A stretch of DNA of 64,000 bases. Origin: an uncultured Gammaproteobacteria bacterium (lineage in GTDB: Bacteria; Pseudomonadota; Gammaproteobacteria; UBA9214). A program made the translations under genes and the position numbers. The stretch lies in the NCBI GenBank assembly GCA_963748215.1, contig CAVVHS010000005.1, positions 225,771 through 289,770 on the forward strand, in the 5' to 3' direction. The notes beneath the pieces were generated by a model. That model was not told where the DNA came from, ran no database searches, and was given only the letters and a program-made list of their open reading frames with translations. Below are positions 63,300 to 64,000 of the stretch, piece after piece; the stretch's first letter is position 1; each line of letters starts with the position of its first letter.

Positions 63300-64000
63300 G
63301 GTTTCAAACCAAGTGAAGTATGATGCTGAGCTCCGTACAATATGTATACACATTTGTGGTTAACTTCGACTCCCGACTTAAACGAGAGATCCTCGGTTTA
63401 TAATAGAAATCTCTGTGAGAGTCAAAGAGATGTCTTAATTTGTCTGACGGTACGTGTAAGGTAGTGTTTCATCTCAAAACTGAAGAGTACAAAGTGTACC
63501 ACGGTGTTCCACTCTTCGTGAGTGTCCATAAACCATTCGACTCGGCATAATTAAACACAACAGGCTGTGACGCCGCACTGAGTATAAACTGACACAGGAA
63601 TTTATCTGTTAATTAAGGATTGTTCGGCTGTCCGGGATTTGATCGCCGAGTTAATTAAGCGACGGTCACAAGATTGTTACAATCCGAGTTTTTGAAAGTT
63701 CGAGGGTCTCTTGACGGAGCGAGAAGGCTCAGTTGCTGCGGACCGACGTGTCTCGAAACTCAGATGTTTGGGACTTTCTACACAGTCACCTCACACGAGG
63801 CACTGTTGTTCGTTGTGGCTTGATTGCTGCGGAAATTACCATCTTGAGCGTGTGTCCCACTGACGAGCAGAGAGATGCTGAGGGCTGCAGTCAGCATGAG
63901 CAGAATCTGAAAAGAATAGTGAAGCAACAACTTCATATGGTACAGCTGACCTGACAGATAATGTTTCAGGCATTGAACAATTTCACCAATCTCCGTGGAA
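63300..64000. other. AT-richer DNA of probably foreign (possibly eukaryotic subtelomeric) origin
   Basis: Abrupt compositional drop after the repeat tract; no recognisable ORF under the standard code. Confidence 0.55.

Noticed and set aside
62826-63353. 175-aa ORF with GVWGLGF repeats
   Set aside because: The N-terminus is just the translated TTTGGGG repeat; the real msrB start is ATG 63167.
63300-64000. Protein-coding gene under a ciliate genetic code
   Set aside because: Manual translation with reassigned stop codons gave no recognisable protein; unresolved without a search.

Overview
High-GC gammaproteobacterial chromosome (gene order resembles Chromatiales/Thiohalobacterales-type organisms; this is an inference). 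Positions 1-50.5 kb are mostly conserved housekeeping clusters: mlaFEDC; yrbG-kdsD-kdsC-lptCAB-rpoN-hpf-ptsN-hprK-rapZ-EIIA-HPr-EI-mgtE; pmbA/yjgA; a small accessory block; leuS-lptE-holA-proA-nadD-rsfS-rlmH-maf-rng-yhdP-nit-tldD; miaB-phoH-ybeY-corC-lnt; RNase P RNA; ppc. The best candidate for an undescribed system is at 50.5-55.5 kb. There a MamK-like actin, with no other magnetosome gene in the window, overlaps a membrane-anchored peptidoglycan amidase. The pair is divergent from a tail-anchored coiled-coil protein with 32-aa repeats and lies next to a receiver-TM-OmpA-like protein, suggesting a cytoskeleton/cell-wall module. Intergenic spaces hold many small non-autonomous repeats: at least five TIR-bounded MITE-like elements sitting on TA of stop codons, micro-elements nested inside other repeats, and a two-unit composite repeat/spacer array between leuS and lptE. 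The last ~4 kb looks like a low-coverage or chimeric long-read contig end: two single-base frameshifts, a fimV-like gene truncated near 60330, and a (CCCCAAA)n telomere-like tract at 63.2 kb followed by AT-richer non-bacterial-looking DNA. All family calls come from reading motifs; no database searches were run.
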